Shown: one piece after another, positions 26,520-34,691 of the stretch
How the letters are laid out: every line of letters begins with the position of its first letter
How positions within the stretch are numbered: the first letter of the stretch is position 1
Assembly (NCBI GenBank): GCA_040902265.1
Contig: JBBDXQ010000013.1
Coordinates: 1 to 49,307, forward strand
DNA: 49,307 nucleotides
Origin: Anaerolineales bacterium
Lineage (GTDB): Bacteria > Chloroflexota > Anaerolineae > Anaerolineales > UBA11579
Direction: 5' to 3'
Notes under the pieces: generated by a model
Database searches by the model: none
Told to the model about the DNA's origin: nothing
Seen by the model: the letters and a program-made list of their open reading frames with translations, nothing else
Made by a program: the position numbers and the translations under genes

Positions 26520-26634
26520 GACTCTTAATTAATTGGTTGACAACGAGAAAAGCCGCCTAAATTCTAGGCGGCTTGTATTTTAGGTGTCGAGACGCCTTCC
26601 CCTCTGTTTGGCTCTTGGTGCAACGTGGAGCAAC
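26520..26634 (+). repeat. direct repeat DR2, copy B
   Basis: Matches 22736-22851 and includes the same terminator-like hairpin at 26550-26581. It is preceded by a weak tRNA-5'-like remnant (GGATT..TTCGT..GACTC). Confidence 0.9.
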
Positions 26635-26668
26635 CATCAAAAACTGCCCGAAAGGGCAGTTTTTGTTC
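26634..26668 (+). repeat. direct repeat DR1, copy B (copy of the tRNA-Gln 3' flank and terminator)
   Basis: CCATCaAAAACTGCCCGAAAGGGCAGTTTTTGTTC compared with CCATCtAAAACTGCCCGAAAGGGCAGTTTTTTGTTC at 22645-22680. Confidence 0.8.
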
Positions 26669-26803
26669 TCAAGATCCGAGGAACGTCCTTACCCTGGGTC
26701 AAGTGGACAGGGGTCAATACACATTGGCGAGGTCCCGCGGCCTCCCCAGCAAGGAAGAAATGGCGAGCAGCTGATCGTCCAACTACCTTCGTTAACGGAG
26801 GCG

Positions 26804-26885
26804 TGGTAGGTGTGTACATGTTGTCAATAGAGTTGATTTGGTAGGTGTGGTTGCTATGGTTGGTGTGGTCGGTGTGGTAGGTGCT
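26804..26885 (+). repeat. GT-rich periodic repeats (TGGTAGGTG core about every 35 bp)
   Basis: TGGTAGGTGTG occurs at 26804 and 26839, and TGGTAGGTGCT at 26875. GGTGTGGT units lie between them. The region is non-coding. Confidence 0.6.
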
Positions 26886-27037
26886 CGTGATGAGGCAAGG
26901 GATTTATGTGTTGGTGGACAAATATTTAACACACAGCATTATTGCTTAAAAATCTATGGAATGGAAGACAAAAGGCGAATAATCAAGGTAGTTGACGAAG
27001 TCCCGCCCTGCGCTCCGGTGGCGCCGAAGGGCACACC

Positions 27038-27730
27038 TCAGGTGCGCTCCGCTTCACGGTTCAGCAGACAATCTGATATACCCACGATTTCTCCGGCGAT
27101 GGGCAGAGACTTCGGAACTTTATCAACTCTACCTTTTTTCGGTGTCACATAAAAGTGCGGCACTCGCCTCACATCCTTAAGAACAAGTGGGCGGACGCGG
27201 ATATAGTTGCCGTAAGCGGGCGGTAGCGCAACCTTACTTGTCTCTGGGTAGTAGCGGCGCAAGTTCCCGGGTTTATCGCCCAGCAGCGAATCACAACAAA
27301 CAAACGCGATCCTGGTGCAACCCATAACGGAAAGAGCCAATGCAACCGCTATGCGCACGCTCATTTCCGGTGGTCTAAGATCCAGGGATTTCACATAGTC
27401 GAGCCATAGACGGTTGGGGTGTTCATTCAGGCACAGTTCACCATACCCACGTCTGGGTAAAATAACCGGAATGTCATTCCGCGGGTAAATCATTCCTTCT
27501 GCGCACTGATGGCCAGGAAGGTCGCGCTTTTCGCAACCGTCTTTTTGGAGGGAATAGATTTTGTTGGGCAATCCCAAATCCTGGACGATCTTGATAGCGC
27601 TATTCAACGTGATGATCGGCCCAGAATCGAAGGGCTCAGCAGTCAGGTATTTAATGCTTGCCCCCAGGCCGACGATCCAAGCTGTTTCACCGAAATGCTT
27701 CCCTCGCATTACTTTGGCAGCGTCAAACAA
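27038..27730 (-). CDS. hypothetical protein (possible Rossmann-like, DUF115/sialyltransferase-like N-terminus)
   Basis: 230-aa isolated ORF in the accessory region. The N-terminal WIVGLGASIKYL...ITLNSA resembles GxGxS nucleotide-sugar or MptE-like folds. Similarity is weak and from memory only. Confidence 0.45.
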   Translation of the reverse strand: MFDAAKVMRGKHFGETAWIVGLGASIKYLTAEPFDSGPIITLNSAIKIVQDLGLPNKIYSLQKDGCEKRDLPGHQCAEGMIYPRNDIPVILPRRGYGELCLNEHPNRLWLDYVKSLDLRPPEMSVRIAVALALSVMGCTRIAFVCCDSLLGDKPGNLRRYYPETSKVALPPAYGNYIRVRPLVLKDVRRVPHFYVTPKKGRVDKVPKSLPIAGEIVGISDCLLNREAERT

Positions 27731-27758
27731 TTAATCCTCCTGACTCCACGCCCGCAGA

Positions 27759-27845
27759 TGGTTAGATAAGTTGACTGATTATAAATGGTAAGGACGTTTG
27801 ACTCACCCGCCTTCCCGATCAAGTGTGGTGCAACCCAGCGCACCG
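27759..27845 (+). repeat. two tandem degenerate tRNA-Gln-like fragments plus a partial DR2 3' end
   Basis: ATGGTTAGATAAGTTGACT and ATGGTAAGGACGTTTGACTC resemble the tRNA segment GCGGTAGGACACTTGACTC. The following CGCCTTCCC...TGGTGCAACC matches the end of DR2. Confidence 0.45.
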
Positions 27846-27964
27846 GAAAAGTAATTGTTGATTTTTATAACTTCCGAGAGATTATTACCCCAATGGGAGC
27901 GGCTAAAATTGGAGATCTATCCGGGCTTTCACCAATGCGGTGAGCCCAGAGAGGAAGGTTCTTT

Positions 27965-28324
27965 ATGTACGCACTGCTCTTTGTCCTGGACGATCCTGAT
28001 CGCCTCGATGAGGTCCTGGCTGCCTGGGAAAGGATCGGGGTACGGGGCGTTACCATCATTGAAAGCATGGGCTGGCAGCGCCACCGCATCAGGCAGGCCA
28101 TGCCGGGAGCCCGCTTCGACTTCGCGTCACTGGCTACAGGCGCCCGTATGGATGATCACGTGACCCTCTTCGTTGTCGTCGAAAGGAAGGGGATCATTCA
28201 GGAGGCGCTCACAGCTGCTGAAGCCATCGTTGGGAATTTAGATGAACCCAACACCGGGATCCTGGTGGCCTGGCGGATCGAGGTTGTCAAAGGCCTGCCC
28301 GATCGCGAAAAAACGGAGACGTAA
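27965..28324 (+). CDS. PII-like (ferredoxin-fold) small signalling protein
   Basis: 119 aa with GAGGAAGG RBS. The beta-alpha-beta pattern MYALLFVLDDPDRLDEVLAAWERIGVRGVTIIES is followed by a long loop and a second beta-alpha-beta. The stop overlaps the start of the exchanger gene (TAATG). Confidence 0.55.
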   Translation: MYALLFVLDDPDRLDEVLAAWERIGVRGVTIIESMGWQRHRIRQAMPGARFDFASLATGARMDDHVTLFVVVERKGIIQEALTAAEAIVGNLDEPNTGILVAWRIEVVKGLPDREKTET

Positions 28325-29304
28325 TGTTCTGGGTCCAGTTTATCGCCGCCTCCGCCATTGTTGTCCTGGCTGCCATGCAGCTCGCCCGATATGGCGATGT
28401 GATCGCCATACGCACGAAGCTGGGCGGGATGTTTGTGGGGACGCTGCTGCTTGCCGGCGCCACGTCCCTGCCCGAATTATTGACCGCGATCAGTTCGCTC
28501 CAGCAAAATGTGCCCAACCTGGCAGCGGGTAATTTTTTCGGCTCCAACATGTTCAACATGCTCATGCTGGCAGTGCTCGACCTGACCCACCAGAACCAGC
28601 GTATCCTGCGGCAAGTGGCGATGAAACACGCCCTGACTGGCGGCCTGGCGATCCTGTTGATCGGAATGGCGGTGCTGTCCATCGAAGTAAATCTGGACTG
28701 GAGTGTCGGTTGGGTGGGGTTTGACAGCCTGCTATTAATCCTGGTCTACCTGGGCGGCGTACGCCTGCTGCATGGAAACAAGAATATCGTCCCCGAGCAA
28801 GCGGAGCTGGATCCAAGACTGCCGCCGTTGTGGAAGGCGTTGCTCGGTTTTGCGATTGCCACTGCGGTGCTCGTCGCCGTCGCGCCGATGTTGGTCTCCT
28901 CCAGCAAACGCATCGCCGAGATCACCGGCCTGGGCAGCGGCTTTGTTGGCCTCCTGCTGGTCGGCCTGGTGACTTCCCTGCCCGAACTGGTCACGGTGAT
29001 TGCCGCGGCTCGTTTGGGCGCCTATGACCTGGCGGTCGGCAACCTATTCGGATCGAACATCTTCAACATGTTCGCGCTGGGTCTGACTGATATCTTCCTG
29101 ACTTCCGGCCGCTTCATGGGTGTCATCGATGGCGATTTCGCCGTGGCTGGCATGTTTGGCTTGATCCTGACCACCCTGGGTCTGATCGGCAACCTGGCGC
29201 GGCTGGAGCGCCGTCTATTTTTCATCGAACTGGATGCCTTGCTGCTTATACTGGTCTACCTGGGGGGCATGTGGATGTTGTTCTCGTTGGGGATGGCGAA
29301 CTGA
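28324..29304 (+). CDS. CaCA-family cation/Ca2+ exchanger (YrbG-like)
   Basis: 326 aa with about 10 TM. Two alpha-repeats carry GATSLPELLTAISS and LVTSLPELVTVIAA, plus GNFFGSNMFN and GNLFGSNIFN. Confidence 0.9.
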   Translation: MFWVQFIAASAIVVLAAMQLARYGDVIAIRTKLGGMFVGTLLLAGATSLPELLTAISSLQQNVPNLAAGNFFGSNMFNMLMLAVLDLTHQNQRILRQVAMKHALTGGLAILLIGMAVLSIEVNLDWSVGWVGFDSLLLILVYLGGVRLLHGNKNIVPEQAELDPRLPPLWKALLGFAIATAVLVAVAPMLVSSSKRIAEITGLGSGFVGLLLVGLVTSLPELVTVIAAARLGAYDLAVGNLFGSNIFNMFALGLTDIFLTSGRFMGVIDGDFAVAGMFGLILTTLGLIGNLARLERRLFFIELDALLLILVYLGGMWMLFSLGMAN

Positions 29305-29317
29305 AGGCCTAGTCGGA

Positions 29318-29815
29318 TCAAAAGACCACCACCGACATTTCTACTTGTTGCCCGGCCGCCAGCCTAATAGCGGCTGGTTCACGAACAGTGTGAACAACAA
29401 CATGAGATCCTTCAGGTGCTTCGACCACGCGGCGAATCCCATCTAGCCAAGACCCTTTTATACTTGCGATTTTTCTTTCAACAAAATCCCGAATATCTGA
29501 GGCTCGACAATTTTCACTTTTTGTGCCATGTCTAAAATATATCGAGCCAACGCTAAACGCTGTTTGCTGTCTTCCTCCACCTATATCGTAGGTGCCTGGT
29601 TTTTTAAATACAATTGGATACTCTGAGACTGAAACAAGAAAGGCTGCTGTCCGACTTCCTCCTCGAGTTAGCTCACGGATGTCAATACTGCTGAATTGTT
29701 CATCTGTATAAGAAGATATTTTGTTTACAATATTTGCCTGGTCAAGTTTTAGTATTAGATTGCACAAAACAGGTCGAGCAGGCTTCTTTATCCTCTCACT
29801 CCATTCTGAAGGCAA
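29318..29815 (-). CDS. AlbA_2/Schlafen-like DNA-binding domain fragment (possibly a gene remnant)
   Basis: 165 aa in AT-rich DNA. The segment FLVSVSEYPIVF...GSIYFRHGTKSENCRASDIRDFV resembles the C-terminal half of AlbA_2 domains. No ATPase or helicase part is present. Confidence 0.3.
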   Translation of the reverse strand: MPSEWSERIKKPARPVLCNLILKLDQANIVNKISSYTDEQFSSIDIRELTRGGSRTAAFLVSVSEYPIVFKKPGTYDIGGGRQQTAFSVGSIYFRHGTKSENCRASDIRDFVERKIASIKGSWLDGIRRVVEAPEGSHVVVHTVREPAAIRLAAGQQVEMSVVVF

Positions 29816-29855
29816 AACAGAGTCTCGCGGCTAAGACCGGCTTGGAGGATATACT

Positions 29856-31796
29856 GTGCCCGGAAGCACAAATAGGCTAGCCCTTATGCTCAAAGCAAAC
29901 CATGTGCTCACAAGAGTGCGCAGCTACCCATTGCTGCCCGACCTGCTTTCCCTGGCGGGCGGTATGGTGTATGTAGCCCAGACCTTTTCCTACATTTTCA
30001 CCTCGCGCGGCATGCTGGATGAGGGGCTCTATCTGCTGAAAGGCTGGTTCTACGCCACGGGACAATACGCGCCTTTCCAGGATTATGGCCCGCTGACCAA
30101 CCACATGCCGCTGGCCTTCCTGATCCCGGGAAGCGTGATGAAGTGGTTCGGGGCTAACCTGCTCAGCGGGCGCGTGTATGCCGCGGTACTCGGCCTGGTG
30201 GGCCTGGCCTGCTTGTGGTGGCTGGCCCGGCGCTTGAGCGGCAAGTGGTGGGCGGCCTTCGCAGTCTGGGGCCTGGCGCTGAACGTGGCCCTGGTGCGCA
30301 TTTACAGCCTGGCGCTCTCGCAGGTGCTGGTGGCTGCGCTGCTCATCCTGGTGCTGCTGCTCTCTGTGCGGCGCAATCCGACGCCCTGGCAGCTGGGGCT
30401 GGCGGGGGCGCTGTGCGGCGCGATGCTGATGGTGCGCATCAATATGTTCCCGTTTGCCATCCTGTGGGTGCTCTACATCTTCTGGCAGCACTCACGGCGC
30501 CTGGGGCTGCTGGCGCTGGGGAGCGTGGCGCTGGTCCCAGTGCTGATCCACATTGCCTACTGGCCCAATATTTTGCGGATGTGGGCCTATTGGATCCCCG
30601 AAGGGCTGATCGCCGGGCTTGAGCCGTTCTACACGCCCTGGGATAAATACAGCGGGGTGGAGTTCACCGCCAACTGGGCCTGGCTGGGCGACCTGGATGA
30701 CCGCAGCTGGAACCCGATCGTCAGCTTTTGGCAGGGCCTGCGGTTCAATTTCGTGGTCATGGTGGGGGTGCTGCTCAACCTGCTGCTGTGGCCGAAGTTC
30801 AAAAGCTGGCCGGATACGTTTACTTTGCGCACCGCCCTGTTCCTCAACAGTTCCTATCTGGCGCTGACAGCCATCCACATGTGGGCTTCGCTGGGCGGCC
30901 AAAGCTGCCACGAGTTCTGCTTCTCAGGCTATATGGCTTTCTTCAGCTCGCTAGGATTGCTGGCGGTGGTGGTCACCGCGCCGCACTGGCGGCGGACCTT
31001 CCACCCGGCAGCGCTGGTGGGCTTAGCCCTGGCTTTATTGTTGGTGGCGGCTGGGCTGGGCTTTGGCAGCGCCAACACCACCGGCCGGTTCGTGGCCGAG
31101 TTCGAGCTGCCCCGTTTGGGCGGCGGGGATGCCTTCCCGCTGTGGGGACTGATGGAGAACAAATTTGGGATGGATTACCGGGATGCCAGGCGCGTCCTGC
31201 CAGCCGTGGCTGGCTTCGCTTTGGCAGCAGCGCTCTTGCTGGGGGTCTACGCTGCCAGTTGGCTGAGGAAAGACAAGGGGAAGATGCCGGTCGTCCAGCG
31301 AGCGTGGCTAAGCCTGTTCACGATAGGGTTTCTGCTTGCCCCCACCCCACTGCTATCCGCGGGGGATGCCACTTTGCAATGCGGCGGCAATCTCCCCCAG
31401 GCTTATGCAGACCTGGGCGAGCAACTGCGCCAGCATATTCAGCCTGGCGACCTGCTTTATTACCATGGACCCAACTCGCCGGCCATCCTGATGTATTTGC
31501 CAGGCGTCAGAATATTCCCGCAACAGCTAAACGGCTCGTTTTCATTCAATGATGAGAACCCCGAATCGAGCGTGGACGACTTGTTGCGCTTCGGGTATTG
31601 GAACCAGGAGATCAAGGAGAGCTGGATCCGGGAGGCAGATTACATCCTGGTGGAAGAGCGCCGATTCGCCGAGTGGCAACCGTTAGTGGCGAGAATGAGG
31701 CTCGATACGGTGCTGGTAACACAGCCCATCGAGGCTTGTGTGGGCAAAGGTTCGCAGCAAGTGCTATTACGCGTACCACATGAGGAGCAACCTTAA
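29856..31796 (+). CDS. GT-C fold polytopic glycosyltransferase (ArnT/PMT-like)
   Basis: 646 aa with more than 10 TM and a C-terminal soluble domain. The first loop (DEGLYLLKGWFYATGQY) is ArnT/GT39/GT83-like. The start is uncertain (GTG 29856 or ATG 29886). Confidence 0.65.
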   Translation: MPGSTNRLALMLKANHVLTRVRSYPLLPDLLSLAGGMVYVAQTFSYIFTSRGMLDEGLYLLKGWFYATGQYAPFQDYGPLTNHMPLAFLIPGSVMKWFGANLLSGRVYAAVLGLVGLACLWWLARRLSGKWWAAFAVWGLALNVALVRIYSLALSQVLVAALLILVLLLSVRRNPTPWQLGLAGALCGAMLMVRINMFPFAILWVLYIFWQHSRRLGLLALGSVALVPVLIHIAYWPNILRMWAYWIPEGLIAGLEPFYTPWDKYSGVEFTANWAWLGDLDDRSWNPIVSFWQGLRFNFVVMVGVLLNLLLWPKFKSWPDTFTLRTALFLNSSYLALTAIHMWASLGGQSCHEFCFSGYMAFFSSLGLLAVVVTAPHWRRTFHPAALVGLALALLLVAAGLGFGSANTTGRFVAEFELPRLGGGDAFPLWGLMENKFGMDYRDARRVLPAVAGFALAAALLLGVYAASWLRKDKGKMPVVQRAWLSLFTIGFLLAPTPLLSAGDATLQCGGNLPQAYADLGEQLRQHIQPGDLLYYHGPNSPAILMYLPGVRIFPQQLNGSFSFNDENPESSVDDLLRFGYWNQEIKESWIREADYILVEERRFAEWQPLVARMRLDTVLVTQPIEACVGKGSQQVLLRVPHEEQP

Positions 31797-31806
31797 AGGG
31801 GCGGCG

Positions 31807-33003
31807 ATGAAAACCACAAAGGGAGCCTGGACATTTAGCGTGAGTTGGCATTTCACGGCAGCATTGCTCCTGCTGGTGGTTCCTTTTGCGCTGTTCACTG
31901 TGTTCCCAAGTGTCTTCCCACATCCTGAGCCGATCAGCCCGTACCTATCCCTGCTTGCCGTAATCCTGTGCTGCTGGGCTTTGATCAGGTTACGAGGAAG
32001 CAGGTTGTTTTGGCGCTACTTGTTAATTCCCCTATTCGGCCTTTTTGTGTTCTTAGAAGAAATTTCATATGGCATGGAGCTGGGTTTATATGACCCGTTT
32101 AGCGTGGGGATCTCGGAGGTGCCTTTCCAGGACTTTCACAACTTCATCCCCGGACTGTGGCGCTGGACCACAGGGCAATTGGGCTTTGGCCCGTGGAACT
32201 CTGCGCAGGTCACTCAATTTATGGTGATCAATGCGATCATCGTTGGGTTGGGGGTTGCCTGGTTGCTGCTGGTCAGGAGCAGGTCAGGCGGAATAAGCGA
32301 ACGAGCGTGGAAGAAGAGAATCCTGCCGTTTACGCTGCTTTCTTCGGCGCTGATCTCGGCAGCCAGCATCATCTGGCTGGCGAGTTTACCTGCTGACCCC
32401 AAGAATGCGATCCTGTTAGGGTTTTCAGCGTTCAGGTTAGCGCAGTTGGCGGGTTTGTTCATTGCGCTTGGAGTGGTCTTGTATCTGTGGAGTTCGAGCG
32501 CACGAAACAAGGGCTTCTTGGATGGAGCCATAAAGTACCTGCAATCACCCCGGAGAATGCTAATCGCAAACATGTGCCTGACCCTGCTGCTGGTCGCGGG
32601 GCTGATGTATGAATTGTTCGCGGGGTACACCTCTCCTGAAGAGACCGTAGTGATCGAGAGGATCACGCCAGTGGCAGCCTGGTTGCTGGCGCAAAGCGTA
32701 TTACTCATCCTGGCCCTGGCTGTATGGCGCGGACGGCTGCGGCGAAGCCTGGCCGGCTACGCGTCCGCTCTGCGCTGCGTGCTTTCCCAGCACCCCGCCC
32801 TGATCTACGTGGGGTTTGCCGCGCTGGTTATTGTGATCGCCCAGGGCTTTGACCGGGATGTATATCTCCTGCCGGACACCAGCCGCGCAATGAGCGGCAT
32901 CCTGGCGCGCAATTGGCAGGTGTGGACCGAGGAGACGCTGGAAATGATCGGCAGCCTGCAAATACTCGCGGCCAGTTTTTTCTTCCCGGCAGGCAAGGGT
33001 TAG
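31807..33003 (+). CDS. polytopic membrane protein, unknown function
   Basis: 398 aa from ATG 31807 (the track starts at 31738, inside the previous gene). About 10 TM helices. No motif recognised. Confidence 0.55.
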   Translation: MKTTKGAWTFSVSWHFTAALLLLVVPFALFTVFPSVFPHPEPISPYLSLLAVILCCWALIRLRGSRLFWRYLLIPLFGLFVFLEEISYGMELGLYDPFSVGISEVPFQDFHNFIPGLWRWTTGQLGFGPWNSAQVTQFMVINAIIVGLGVAWLLLVRSRSGGISERAWKKRILPFTLLSSALISAASIIWLASLPADPKNAILLGFSAFRLAQLAGLFIALGVVLYLWSSSARNKGFLDGAIKYLQSPRRMLIANMCLTLLLVAGLMYELFAGYTSPEETVVIERITPVAAWLLAQSVLLILALAVWRGRLRRSLAGYASALRCVLSQHPALIYVGFAALVIVIAQGFDRDVYLLPDTSRAMSGILARNWQVWTEETLEMIGSLQILAASFFFPAGKG

Positions 33004-33035
33004 ATGCAAATACAGAGTGCATGCCGCACCACTTG

Positions 33036-33974
33036 TCAGGTTGAGCAAACGGTATCCAGCAAGCCTGCATAGAGCTGGTTCATCTCCTCGAAGGTGGGGG
33101 TTTTGGGAGGCTGGTGGTAGGGGAACTGGAAGCGCTGCACCTGCAGTAGTGGGAAGGCCTGCTGCATGATCCCCAGGGTGGTATCAAAGCAAAGCATCGG
33201 GTCGCGCACCGACATGGCGAAATAACACGGCTGCGCAAAAGTCTGAGCTTGGATTTCAAAATTCAACATCTCAGTCAACTGGGAACAGAGCACGTCCGCA
33301 GTGCTATCCGATATTTTTTGGAAAACTTCCGGGATGGAGACCGACTTTTCAACCCGGCCAATTTTGGCGATCGTGCCAGCCAGAAGGCGGTTGATGCTAG
33401 CGCTACGCGCTGATCTCATTATGCTGGAACGAAAGCGCGGCACGCGGAAGGCTCTGACCATGCCCCTAAGCAATTGAAGGCGAAGAGCGGAGAATTTAAG
33501 CGCCCGCCTGGAAAGCACCGGAGAAAGCAGGATGACCTTCTCGACCCGGCCGCGCAGGCGGTAGAGCGTGGTCATGGCCAGGATGCCGCCAAACGAAAAA
33601 CCCATCAGGGATACAGTGGCGTGCCCTAGTTGATCGATAAAATCCTCCACCGTCTCTGCCGCCAGCTGAGAACTGAATGGCTCCTTGAACGGCGAGGATT
33701 TGCCATGGCCGGGCAGTTCAAAAAAGTACACCGTGAAGCGCTGCCCCATGAATTGAGCCAAGGCCAGCCAGTTTTCGATCTTGGAGATGGTAGCCGGCAC
33801 GATGACCAGAGGCGGCCCTGACCCACAGGAGATGTAGTGCAGGTTGGTCTTGGGCAGCTGGATGCGATGGTAGCTAACTTGCGGGGCTGGCCGGTGAGCT
33901 GGCCGATCCGCGAGGTTGACCCCGGCGAGGGCAGTGAGCGGCTGGCTGCTATCCTGAAAATTTTGGGCCAACAT
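33036..33974 (-). CDS. alpha/beta-fold hydrolase
   Basis: 312 aa. Has HYISCGSGPPLVIVP, ELPGHGKS, and a nucleophile-elbow-like LMGFSFGG. The start overlaps the upstream stop (TGATG). Confidence 0.85.
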   Translation of the reverse strand: MLAQNFQDSSQPLTALAGVNLADRPAHRPAPQVSYHRIQLPKTNLHYISCGSGPPLVIVPATISKIENWLALAQFMGQRFTVYFFELPGHGKSSPFKEPFSSQLAAETVEDFIDQLGHATVSLMGFSFGGILAMTTLYRLRGRVEKVILLSPVLSRRALKFSALRLQLLRGMVRAFRVPRFRSSIMRSARSASINRLLAGTIAKIGRVEKSVSIPEVFQKISDSTADVLCSQLTEMLNFEIQAQTFAQPCYFAMSVRDPMLCFDTTLGIMQQAFPLLQVQRFQFPYHQPPKTPTFEEMNQLYAGLLDTVCST

Positions 33975-34663
33975 CAGGGCCCCAAGGTTTCCGAGGTTAG
34001 CTTGCGGAACAAGGTGAGCCAGACCACGTACAAGCCAACGATGATCAAGATCACCAGCAATAATAGGCCGGGGGCGAGGTCAAGGGAAGCCATATCGGTT
34101 CCATGAGCGCCAAGGAAGGTCACTAAAAAGATCAGAGGCGCCCTGCCTACTAAACTGGCCAAGGCAAATTGCTGCAAGCTGATCGAACTTAGCCCGGCTA
34201 CATAATTCATGGTATCCGTGGGGAAAACCGGCAGCATAAAACTGGTCAGGAAAAAGACCAGCCCATGCTTCCTGGACACGGCATCCCAGCGGTCGATGAC
34301 CTTGGCCGGCGCCAGCCGGTCGACCACCGGGCGGCCCCAACGGCGGGCAATGGCAAAGGCCAGCAAACCAGAGCCCACTGTGACGAACCAGTTCAGGGCG
34401 AAACCAGGAACCAGGCCGTATATATATCCCCCCGCCAAATAGAATACATCGCCCGGCACAATGGAAATCAGTATTTGGACAAGGTGCAGGGCCGAAAGCA
34501 CAAGCGGGCCAAGCCAACCAAACTTATAGATATAGGCGGTAAAGGCATTGCGGTCACTGATAAAGGTCAATAAGGTCAGCAGCGGTTCCCGCAGCACCCA
34601 TAAGATCAATAGCGCTAACAGGAGGGCGAGGACCAGCACCGGCCAGTTCTTGAATCGTCTCAA
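33974..34663 (-). CDS. TVP38/TMEM64 (DedA-related) family membrane protein
   Basis: 229 aa. Signature VPGDVFYLAGGYIYG and ARRWGRPVVDRL. Confidence 0.85.
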   Translation of the reverse strand: MRRFKNWPVLVLALLLALLILWVLREPLLTLLTFISDRNAFTAYIYKFGWLGPLVLSALHLVQILISIVPGDVFYLAGGYIYGLVPGFALNWFVTVGSGLLAFAIARRWGRPVVDRLAPAKVIDRWDAVSRKHGLVFFLTSFMLPVFPTDTMNYVAGLSSISLQQFALASLVGRAPLIFLVTFLGAHGTDMASLDLAPGLLLLVILIIVGLYVVWLTLFRKLTSETLGP

Positions 34664-34691
34664 TGGGTTGGCACCTTGACCTGTGGGAAGT

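Noticed and set aside
26384-26890. A CRISPR array.
   Set aside because: The repeats are only 11 bp in tandem, or 9-11 bp at about 35-bp spacing, and are degenerate. There are no 24-40-bp conserved repeats, no regular spacers and no cas genes.
26838-27152. 104-aa ORF beginning MVGVVAMVGVVGVVG.
   Set aside because: The low-complexity translation comes from the GT-rich repeats. Its 3' part overlaps the 230-aa minus-strand gene. There is no RBS.
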